Part shown: one piece after another, positions 57,801-64,000 of the stretch | Layout: each line of letters opens with the position of its first letter | How positions within the stretch are numbered: position 1 is the stretch's first letter | Assembly: GCA_965227275.1 (NCBI GenBank) | Contig: CBDDFU010000001.1 | Location: 3,076,979-3,140,978, forward strand | DNA from: Pirellulales bacterium | GTDB taxonomy: Bacteria; Planctomycetota; Planctomycetia; Pirellulales; JAEUIK01 | DNA length: 64,000 nt | Direction: 5' to 3' | Translations under genes and position numbers: made by a program | The notes under the pieces: model-generated | Databases searched by the model: none | What the model was told of the DNA's origin: nothing | Seen by the model: the letters and a program-made list of their open reading frames with translations, nothing else

Positions 57801-58308
57801 CGACCTGGTTCGCTTTTTGTCCGTGCTCGGGAAGCCTGGCGAATTCGCCGTGGGGAATGTCCCGAAAGTCCGCACATGGCGCGTGTTGGCAGCCACCGAC
57901 GAGAACGCCTTTGTCCTGCGTCGCAAGGGGTTCCAAGCCGCCGCGACGGCACCCGTCGATCTTGTCTGGAAGCCGGCCTACAGTGTGGTTTCCGGTGAAT
58001 TGCCCACTGCGGATTTGCCCGTCATCAAAACGCAAGGCAATCAGCCGAGCATCGCCGCGGCTCAGTTCGAATTGGTGGTTTCCACTCCTGGTGAAGTCGA
58101 TTTTGGATTCAATACACCTGTCGGACTCACCATGTGGATCGACGGAGAGCCTACCGCCGCTACAGAACGTGTTTCGTTGGAACTCGACCGTGGCCGACAT
58201 GTGGTTACCTTGGTGGTCGATGTCAGCGAACGTAGCGCCCCGCTTGCTTGCACGCTGCTGCCCAACCCGGAATCCCCGGCCAGGGCCCAACTCGGCGGAG
58301 GCAAGTAG
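54847..58308 (+). CDS. PVC-type CxxCH heme-binding protein with dehydrogenase-like propeller and HEAT repeats
   Basis: The protein is 1153 aa. It has a signal peptide and an N-terminal glucose/sorbosone-dehydrogenase-like region (DGDGVAD, WGPNGLLYF). The middle has HEAT/ARM repeats. The cytochrome c motif is CMKCHSIAG. Confidence 0.85.
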   Translation: MTNMRRSNRTWFTPLLIVVAVLCSVPAYAQRDLKDIPVPDPERERSELQLADGFEISLYAADPEIASPIQMNFDPQGRLWIASSNTYPHIAPGDEADDKVLVLEDRDGDGVAEKSTIFARGLLIPTGIAPGDGGVYVANSTELLHMRDTDGDGVADESRVVLSGFGTEDTHHILHTLRWGPNGLLYFNQSIYIHSHIETPWGVRRLDAGGIWEFRPESLELDVFVRGFVNTWGHDIDRWGQSFATDGAGGEGINYLLPGASYVTAKDAKRILHGLNPGSPKYCGAEIVDGRHLPQDWQGNIITADFRANRVCRFVISEDGAGYAAQQMPDLVGSSNVAFRPVDIKQGPDGAIYIADWYNPIIQHGEVDFRDPRRDHIHGRIWRITCKDRPIVERPQLVSALTSHLLEQLRSPEGWTRQQAKRVLRERGDEILPELGHWTASLDTADDEFEHQQLEALWMYQSLDIVDPALIESVLNSAEPKARAAAVRVLGHWHTRLDNPLVLLTPAINDEHPRVRLEAVRTLAKIQKPQSMEIALRALDRPIDQFLDYALWLTSRDLKQSWLPALEAGEFDLDVNPEHLEFALRAVDSPTVVDPLLKLIAEGQVPAERQAAVLSLVASLGDSNQLAAVLELAMNTEGDIDAEQRSRLLESLVKAARMRDVRPAGDLNAVAALLSSEIPAFRAVAARAVGAWKLEQAREVLASMAFDNELDFPLRRAAMDGLTWLGGGDSREALLELCQGENDINIRKLAIVRLASLDLGAAAQQAVAWLADAGSNDPSAVITAFLQRKTGPEALAAALNEQTLPADVVKLALRAVRSTARDHQALEAALAVSGGLGSPVSPPTPKELTQLVSLVLERGDPTRGQEVYRREDLACMKCHSIAGSGGRVGPDLSSIGASAQVDYLIESLLVPGKAVKEAYHSLIVETDEGQIVTGIQVRRDDQELVLRDAEDRESVIPLSSIEEESIGGSIMPAGLVDSLTQAELVDLVRFLSVLGKPGEFAVGNVPKVRTWRVLAATDENAFVLRRKGFQAAATAPVDLVWKPAYSVVSGELPTADLPVIKTQGNQPSIAAAQFELVVSTPGEVDFGFNTPVGLTMWIDGEPTAATERVSLELDRGRHVVTLVVDVSERSAPLACTLLPNPESPARAQLGGGK

Positions 58309-58422
58309 TCCCCGCAGCAGAAAGCCATCGACGTCATCCTCCACGTGCCGTGACGACAATTCGGTTCGATTGATCTCGCGTTGCCGTATTCTAAGGTCGC
58401 GTCAATTGATGGAAGAATTAGC

Positions 58423-58558
58423 GGGTGCCGCCGCTGGCTTGTCCAGCGGTGAAATCAATGGGAGAGAAGATCGATTCCAAAAAGGCCGCTCCATCAACGG
58501 CTACGTGTCCCTCTGACCGCCTAACGTAAACACCGCTTGACAAGCCAGCGGAGGCACC
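58423..58558. repeat. intergenic palindromic repeat element, copy B (same orientation as copy A)
   Basis: The arms GGGTGCCGCCGCTGGCTTGTCCAGCGGTG and CACCGCTTGACAAGCCAGCGGAGGCACC are about 95% identical to copy A. The spacer is about 65% identical and includes the conserved block AACGGCTAYGTG..CTCTGA. Confidence 0.8.
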
Positions 58559-58724
58559 CAATCACCGCGCGAGGTCTTCAGAATACGGGATCCTAGAAGC
58601 ATCTCGCGTCGCGGGCGACATTGCCGATTCACGGGCAAGCCTTTAGGATAGGGAGCAACTTGCTGAAAACTTCAGCGAGGCTCGCTGCTTACCAAACGTT
58701 CACACTTGCTCGAAGCCCACGCGG

Positions 58725-59672
58725 ATGGCTCCGCTAAAATTTACCGACGCGTTTACGACCATCTTTACCTCGGCCGCGCAACTTTCCATTTCCTGCCAGG
58801 CTGACAGTCTTCTACTATTGCTCGATGACGCGGCCGATTGGACCCGTCTCTACAATCTCAGCCAAGAGATGCTGAGCGACGGCACCAAGTTCCTGGTGGC
58901 CACGACCGATCAGGAGCACCTGGATCTTGCAAACGAAGCAAATCTTACCGGGGTGACGATCGATTCCCCGGAACGCCCGATTTACGATCGCCTGGAGCAG
59001 GCGTTGCTGGAAAGCGTGGCTGACGACCTGCTGCAATCCGGGGCGAGGGTCATTACGCTCTACAGTGGCTTCGAGCCTGGGGAGATCGATTCGGTCAGCG
59101 TCATCGACCTCGACGATCGCTTGGGTCGGCTCACCGTTCGCGACCTGAGGCAGCTCGAAACGAGCGTGCCGCTGGAGACGTTGCAGTTGGTCGTCAAACT
59201 GGCGCTGGAAATCGGCCACGAAGGCCGCGAAGGGAAGTCGGTCGGTACGATATTCGTCGTGGGCGATACGAAGAAGGTGATGAACCACAGCCGCCCCGCG
59301 GGGTTCGATCCGGTGAAAGGCTACAACCGCAAGGAACGCAATCTCGGAACAGCTCGTGTACGAGAGGGAATCAAGGAAATCGCCCAGTTGGACGGTGCAT
59401 TTGTTGTCGCGACCGACGCAACGGTAGAAGCAGCCTGTCGCTATCTCGACGCCCCGGCCACGAACATCACGCTTTCCAAAGGTCTAGGGGCCCGCCACTG
59501 GGCAGCGGCCTCGATCAGTCGGGCGACCAAAGCCGTGGCCGTGGCGGTCAGCGAATCGAGCGGCACCGTGCGGCTCTTCCACGACGGCGAGGTGATCCTT
59601 CGCATCGAAGCCCTTGGCCGCCCCATGAAGTGGAAAGACTTCGAATACGAACCGCCGGCAAGTGAGTCGTAG
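58725..59672 (+). CDS. diadenylate cyclase (DAC/DisA_N) domain protein with non-canonical RHR motif
   Basis: The C-terminal roughly 150 aa align by eye with the CdaA/DisA DAC domain. DGAFVV corresponds to the DGA motif, and LSKGLGARHWAAASISRATKAVAVAVSESSGTV corresponds to LSKELGTRHRAALGLSE..VIVVSEETG. The canonical TRHR is replaced by ARHW. The N-terminal 140 aa are unrecognised and contain no TM. Confidence 0.75.
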   Translation: MAPLKFTDAFTTIFTSAAQLSISCQADSLLLLLDDAADWTRLYNLSQEMLSDGTKFLVATTDQEHLDLANEANLTGVTIDSPERPIYDRLEQALLESVADDLLQSGARVITLYSGFEPGEIDSVSVIDLDDRLGRLTVRDLRQLETSVPLETLQLVVKLALEIGHEGREGKSVGTIFVVGDTKKVMNHSRPAGFDPVKGYNRKERNLGTARVREGIKEIAQLDGAFVVATDATVEAACRYLDAPATNITLSKGLGARHWAAASISRATKAVAVAVSESSGTVRLFHDGEVILRIEALGRPMKWKDFEYEPPASES

Positions 59673-59714
59673 GTGGGTTCTGAAGACATTGCGTTTTCGA
59701 ATAACTGCAGCGCG

Positions 59715-59743
59715 GGATGGGCTTGTCCATTAGCTAGCCATCC
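59715..59743. terminator. hairpin between convergent DAC gene and small membrane gene, containing GGCTTGTCCA
   Basis: GGATGG-GCTTGTCCATTAGCTAG-CCATCC forms a hairpin. It overlaps the stop codon of the minus-strand gene and lies 43 bp after the DAC stop. Confidence 0.3.
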
Positions 59744-59999
59744 ACGCCGTCAAAGAAAGTGCCGCAAAGGTGATGATGCCGGCCAGCAGTGCGGAAAGAG
59801 CCGAAGCATCCTTGTATCCAACCAGCAGCCTTTGGATGGCGACGGTGATCCCGAGAAGGACGACCGGTGCCATCACGAACCGGTGTACGCCGTTTCCCCA
59901 TCCAGTGCTGTTTGGCACAACAGCAATCAATACCATCCAAAGTGGCGAAGCCATGAACAAGAGCCAGAGCGTTGAGAGCGCGATTGTAGGCTTTCGCAT
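59730..59999 (-). CDS. small three-helix membrane protein
   Basis: The protein is 89 aa with three hydrophobic helices. It is convergent with the DAC gene. Confidence 0.45.
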   Translation of the reverse strand: MRKPTIALSTLWLLFMASPLWMVLIAVVPNSTGWGNGVHRFVMAPVVLLGITVAIQRLLVGYKDASALSALLAGIITFAALSLTAWMAS

Positions 60000-60086
60000 G
60001 GGCTAGATTTCCAGTGGAATCCCGGTGTACCCAATCAGCCTCGCGACACGGGGCGTACGTGACGGCCAGGGAAACGTGAAGCCAAA

Positions 60087-60272
60087 CTAGGGCTCCTTGA
60101 CGCCGAGATCGCGGTAAATCTTGCGTGCTAGAAGGTCAGAGATTTCTCGATGACGAGGCACTGCGGACCTGCGTCCCGTGTTGGGGTTGCCCCACCAGGA
60201 GTGACTTCCACCCTCGCGGACCAATACGCAACCCTGATCAACCAGGTGACGGATCAGGTCTCGACGTTTCAC
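60087..60272 (-). CDS. hicA: HicA-family mRNA interferase toxin
   Basis: The 61-aa sequence MKRRDLIRHLVDQGCVLVREGGSHSWW matches the HicA dsRBD-like fold signature, including the GSH catalytic His. Confidence 0.8.
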   Translation of the reverse strand: MKRRDLIRHLVDQGCVLVREGGSHSWWGNPNTGRRSAVPRHREISDLLARKIYRDLGVKEP

Positions 60273-60484
60273 GGTTGGATTGTGACCTCTTCAAACGATT
60301 CCCCGGCCGCCTTACGGGCATCTTCTCGATTCATTTCGAGAGCTTCGGCCAATGCTTCACGCAAGTTGGCGATCAATTCATCCCGAGTGGCGCCCTGTGA
60401 GTTGACTCCGGGGACTTCTTCGATCCAACCAATCCACCACGGCCCATCCTGCCGGATCACAGCGTTGTATCCCGGTGAAATCAT
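60269..60484 (-). CDS. hicB: HicB-family antitoxin (short form)
   Basis: The protein is 71 aa. AVIRQDGPWWIGWIEEVPGVNSQGATRDELIANLREALAEALE matches the HicB N-terminal domain pattern. It overlaps hicA by 4 nt, with hicB upstream. Confidence 0.7.
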   Translation of the reverse strand: MISPGYNAVIRQDGPWWIGWIEEVPGVNSQGATRDELIANLREALAEALEMNREDARKAAGESFEEVTIQP

Positions 60485-60616
60485 GACGTTCCCATTTGCT
60501 TAGTTTTTGTCCTGCCCTCCATTGTATCCGCGACGGCGGTTTCGGGGTAATTCCTGCGCAGAGTGGCCATTACCAAGCAGGATGAGACTTCGTCAATCAC
60601 GGCTGAATCCTCAGCC

Positions 60617-61273
60617 CTACATCCAGCTCTCTTTCGTCCGCATCGTTAGATACACATCGTAGTGCCCGAGCGGGTCGTTGCGGTCGATGACGCCGGCACG
60701 GTGGAACTCCAATTCGCTAATCTCTTTCCCGTTCCAGCGAACCACATATCGGGTTACACCGGGGGCGGCCTGCTGTGGGCGAAAATCGTACTTGGATTGC
60801 AACCAATGGATCAGCCGCGATGGCTCGCCGGTGGTTCCACGAAACGAAATCTGCTTGAGCTGGTTCGACTGGTCGAAGTAATAGGTCAACGACCCCGCCA
60901 GGTCGGAACTGCTTCCGCCGGTAATCAGGGAGACACGCAGCCCTTGGTATTCAATCGATGAGAGTTGTGTCGTGACGCGTTGCCACCGCATCATCACCCA
61001 AGCCGGCGTAACATCAGGGCGAAACGCCTCTTCGAGCATGACGACGTGCTGGCTGACTTTCTGTTCCCGAGGTGGCAGCCCGGCAACTAAGATCTCTTGC
61101 TCCACCGCAGGCGTGTCGTAGGCTAGTGCGTCGGTATCCGACGATTCCCACGTGGGCACGAGCGATCCGGCCTGATCCATCAACTGGTCGCTCGACGAAT
61201 AGAGGTACGGCACGCTTGCTCCGGCAGCCAGTGCCAAAGGGAAGAGTGCCTTTCGACCGATACCTAACATCAA
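60617..61273 (-). CDS. secreted hypothetical protein
   Basis: It has a signal-peptide-like N-terminus (MLGIGRKALFPLALAAGASVP) and no recognised motifs. Confidence 0.5.
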   Translation of the reverse strand: MMLGIGRKALFPLALAAGASVPYLYSSSDQLMDQAGSLVPTWESSDTDALAYDTPAVEQEILVAGLPPREQKVSQHVVMLEEAFRPDVTPAWVMMRWQRVTTQLSSIEYQGLRVSLITGGSSSDLAGSLTYYFDQSNQLKQISFRGTTGEPSRLIHWLQSKYDFRPQQAAPGVTRYVVRWNGKEISELEFHRAGVIDRNDPLGHYDVYLTMRTKESWM

Positions 61274-61539
61274 CAGAACTCCTCACCGCCCCGTGTAGAA
61301 GATCTCATCCCGTGCCGGTTGCACATCTGCCAAAAAGTCAAGTGGGAATGAGGTTGGGTTGAACGGACTTCAACCTATTCGACAGCATCGGCAAAGAGGC
61401 ACGGGCTACTTTCGCCACCAGATTCTGCGAGTTCTAGCTTGCCTGACAGCTTCTTTTCGCCTGGCGAGCAGAAGCGTTAGCACCGACCCCAAGACAATCA
61501 GACGGCCGCTGCAAACTCACAGGGACCGAAAACACCGGG

Positions 61540-62238
61540 CTAATTCAGCGTTGTGGAAGCCACAATCGCAACAATCAGCAAGGCAACCGCAATCAGCAAT
61601 GCCACTACCATTGCCCATCGTCCTGCGGACATGGTCGTCGTATCTTGCAGTTTTGTTTCCTCGGGCATCTCGTCGGCCAAGGAATTCGATTCTGGGGGAT
61701 GACCGACCCAGCGAGGATGGGGGAGATCCAAAACTTCGACTTCCGAGTTCGAAAAGTCTTCCCGTTGCGGTTGATGAGAAAACATGCGGTCCAGGTACTC
61801 AGGTGTGGTCCCCATCAGCGCGGCGGCGTACTCGTAGTCGGTGTAGTACGAGTCTCGTTCGTTGGCCTGCGAAATGCCGAGCGTGCCCAGGATGTGCTCG
61901 GCCCGTTCGCGCGGGTAGCGACTGCGAAGACGCACCAGGTAGACATGAAAGTCTTCGTCTTCCAGGGCGTCTTCCAGGGTGTTGAAGTGGCCGACCACGT
62001 GCCCTGTGTTATGTTGTAGAATCTTGGCCCGGCAGAATGCCGCCACGGTTGGCAGTTCCATTTCCGCGGCAGTGACTCCGGCCAGCACGAGCATCTTGTC
62101 CCGCACCAGCCAGCGTTGACGTTGTTCACTTGCCCGCGCCAGATGCAGGTACAGTCCGAGAACTTCGTGCGATGTTTGCATCGTGAAGGGCGCTCTGTTT
62201 AGAAGCCAGACGCAATCGTGAGGGTGCTGCGCCGGCAA
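61540..62238 (-). CDS. hypothetical protein with C-terminal transmembrane anchor
   Basis: The C-terminus is WAMVVALLIAVALLIVAIVASTTL. An alternative start at 62181 is possible. Confidence 0.45.
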   Translation of the reverse strand: MPAQHPHDCVWLLNRAPFTMQTSHEVLGLYLHLARASEQRQRWLVRDKMLVLAGVTAAEMELPTVAAFCRAKILQHNTGHVVGHFNTLEDALEDEDFHVYLVRLRSRYPRERAEHILGTLGISQANERDSYYTDYEYAAALMGTTPEYLDRMFSHQPQREDFSNSEVEVLDLPHPRWVGHPPESNSLADEMPEETKLQDTTTMSAGRWAMVVALLIAVALLIVAIVASTTLN

Positions 62239-62307
62239 GTGAGTCTAGTATCATCATGCGGTCCTAGCCGCATACTGCAAGTGCCGGTTACGGTAAGGTA
62301 AGAATCG

Positions 62308-63750
62308 TTGACCGGGTGCCCCGGGTTTTCTGAGAGAATCCTGTCGAAAAGTGGCCAAAAACGCGGGAATCAGGCTCTCGACGAACGAATTCCCCCGAAC
62401 CACGTGCCCATTGTGAATTCACTGGACTTTACGAATCTCAAGATGCGCCGGCCCGATTCCCCGTCGAAATCGAATCTCTTCGTGAGCCCCGAAGTTGCGG
62501 AGTTGGACGACTATCGATGGTTGGTCGGCCCGGACGCCGCGCCGTTGCTCGCAGAAGCCGCGCGGCATCTTCAAGCCGCGGATGGTCGGGGCGAGGCACT
62601 CATTTCTCTGAACGAGGCGCTGCGAAAAACGTTGTCCCCCGAGCGTGCGCGACTGATTGTCGAACAAACCACCTTGCGCCGTCGCGCTCGTAAGAAATTC
62701 GCGCGGGCCGAAAGAATGTTCTTCACGAGTCTAGGGCTGGAGCAAGCCACCGATGAGGTTATCGCGCGATATAAAGCGAACCGCTATCCGGCAAGTGCGA
62801 CCGCTACGGACATTTGCTGCGGTGTGGGAGGTGATCTCTTGGCGCTTGCGGGACGGGGCGGCGTTCGCGGTGTGGATTGCAGCCCCATCGCGGCCCTGCT
62901 GGCAGCGGCGAACCTCGAAGCGGTTGACTCTTCATCTGATGGTGCGGAGATCTTTTGCGAAAGCTTGCAGAGTTTGCACATGGAAGCGTCTCAGCCCTGG
63001 CACATCGATCCCGATCGTCGTTCTCGTGGCGGACGTACCATCCGCGTAGAGGATCACCAGCCGGGTCGTTCGGAAATCGAAACGCTTCTTCGGGCAGCTC
63101 CCAACGGCGCGGTGAAACTGGCTCCCGCGGCGACACCACCTGCAGCCTGGCAGGCGGAAGCCGAGTTGGAGTGGATTAGCCGCAACGGTGAGTGCAAACA
63201 ATTGGTCGCCTGGTTCGGCAACCTGGCCCGACAACCGGGTAGCCGTGCGGCGACCATTGTGCGTGGCCACGTCGGTTCTGCAGAGGTTCGTTTGCGTTCG
63301 ATCAGCGCTCCATCGGGCGACGAAGATTGCTTGCCCGAAGTTGCCCGCGAAATCGGTCGTTACTTGTACGAACCCGATGCAGCCGTACTGGCCGCGGAAA
63401 TCGTTGCGGCCCTGGGCCATGAACTCGGATTGGCAGCCGTCTCCCATCAGAGCGTCTATCTGACGGGCGACAAGCATGTAGACGATCTCTCGGTCGCCGG
63501 ATTTGAAGTGCTCGATGTGTTATCGTTTCGAAAGAAACGCGTCAAGCAGTGGCTTCAGCAGCGTCGTTGTGGTCGTTTGGAAGTGAAGAAACGTGGCGTT
63601 CGACTCGACGCGAACCAGTTGCAGCGAGAATTGGCCGTCGAAGGAGATGAAGAGGCCACTTTGCTGGTGACACAAAGCGGCAAGCGTGTGATTGCGATCC
63701 TCGCCAAGCGAATGGATCATCAGGAATTGAACCATGACGACGAATGCTAA
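62308..63750 (+). CDS. class I SAM-dependent methyltransferase with C-terminal extension (THUMP-like/RNA-MTase-like)
   Basis: It has SAM motif I DICCGVGGDLLALA. An alternative start at 62443 (MRRPDSP) is likely. Confidence 0.65.
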   Translation: MTGCPGFSERILSKSGQKRGNQALDERIPPNHVPIVNSLDFTNLKMRRPDSPSKSNLFVSPEVAELDDYRWLVGPDAAPLLAEAARHLQAADGRGEALISLNEALRKTLSPERARLIVEQTTLRRRARKKFARAERMFFTSLGLEQATDEVIARYKANRYPASATATDICCGVGGDLLALAGRGGVRGVDCSPIAALLAAANLEAVDSSSDGAEIFCESLQSLHMEASQPWHIDPDRRSRGGRTIRVEDHQPGRSEIETLLRAAPNGAVKLAPAATPPAAWQAEAELEWISRNGECKQLVAWFGNLARQPGSRAATIVRGHVGSAEVRLRSISAPSGDEDCLPEVAREIGRYLYEPDAAVLAAEIVAALGHELGLAAVSHQSVYLTGDKHVDDLSVAGFEVLDVLSFRKKRVKQWLQQRRCGRLEVKKRGVRLDANQLQRELAVEGDEEATLLVTQSGKRVIAILAKRMDHQELNHDDEC

Positions 63751-63784
63751 CTTGCCCGCCGCACTTGCCACGTAGACTCGCCGC

Positions 63785-64000
63785 ATGATTCTCCGCCGAT
63801 TATCAACCTCCGCGTGGCTGGTCGCCTTGGCTGTGATTGCCTTGCTCGTCGCCTTCGCTCTCACTGGGGGCGAACCTCGCAGTCGTGGTTTGCTGTTGAA
63901 CACACTGATCCTGATCGCGGCGACCCTTGCGTGCAGCTTGCCAGTCGGAACGGTGTTGGCTCTGCTGTTGACTCGTTGCGACCTGCCCGGGCGAACGTTC
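63785..64000 (+). CDS. integral membrane (ABC-permease-like) protein, 5' partial in window
   Basis: ATG at 63785 begins an ORF that stays open to the window end. The translation MILRRLSTSAWLVALAVIALLVAFAL...TLILIAATLACSLPVGTVLALLL shows two hydrophobic helices. Confidence 0.45.
   Translation, partial: MILRRLSTSAWLVALAVIALLVAFALTGGEPRSRGLLLNTLILIAATLACSLPVGTVLALLLTRCDLPGRTF

Noticed and set aside
43485-58558. Interpreting the two direct repeat copies as ends of a composite transposon or genomic island
   Set aside because: The enclosed 15 kb has no transposase, integrase or tRNA gene. Its gene content is ordinary Planctomycete chromosome. The elements look like REP/MITE-type intergenic repeats instead.

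Overview
This is a 64 kb, high-GC (about 60%) chromosomal segment that looks like Planctomycetota (Pirellulales-like). The taxon call is an inference from the gene content: a PVC-type CxxCH heme-binding protein with a dehydrogenase-like domain and HEAT repeats, a fused CcsBA cytochrome c synthase, many lipoproteins with an LTGC lipobox, and a polyacidic HTH-TM protein. The window is densely coding, with about 49 CDS. I found no rRNA, tRNA, CRISPR array, transposase or integrase. Housekeeping operons recognised by motif are queC-queD-cls, ccsBA, aroC, selB-selA, nfeD-flotillin, xseA-xseB-ispA-dxs-nadK and dapF. The part that looks accessory or novel is a minus-strand cluster at 1.3-8.0 kb. It encodes an ExbB/TolQ/MotA-family proton-channel protein with a long cytoplasmic helical tail, two divergent ExbD/TolR-like paralogues with long coiled coils, and a fusion of an HlyD-like membrane-fusion domain to a polytopic membrane domain. 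Only one of the two ExbD-like proteins keeps the TM aspartate, and the other carries a duplicated periplasmic domain and a Gly/Ser-rich linker. This resembles a proton-motive-force motor of the Agl/Tol/Exb/Zorya kind, but with an architecture I do not recognise. Other notable items are a hicB-hicA toxin-antitoxin pair, a soluble diadenylate-cyclase-domain protein with a non-canonical RHR motif, a zinc-ribbon/M48 protease of 1016 aa, and a family of hairpin-containing intergenic repeats built on the 10-mer GGCTTGTCCA/TGGACAAGCC. That family has two near-identical copies 15 kb apart, a degenerate copy at 11.9 kb, and isolated palindromes at 18.87 kb and 59.72 kb. A separate perfect 21-bp inverted-repeat pair lies at 42.7-42.9 kb. 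All calls come from reading the six-frame translations and the DNA by eye. No database search was run.
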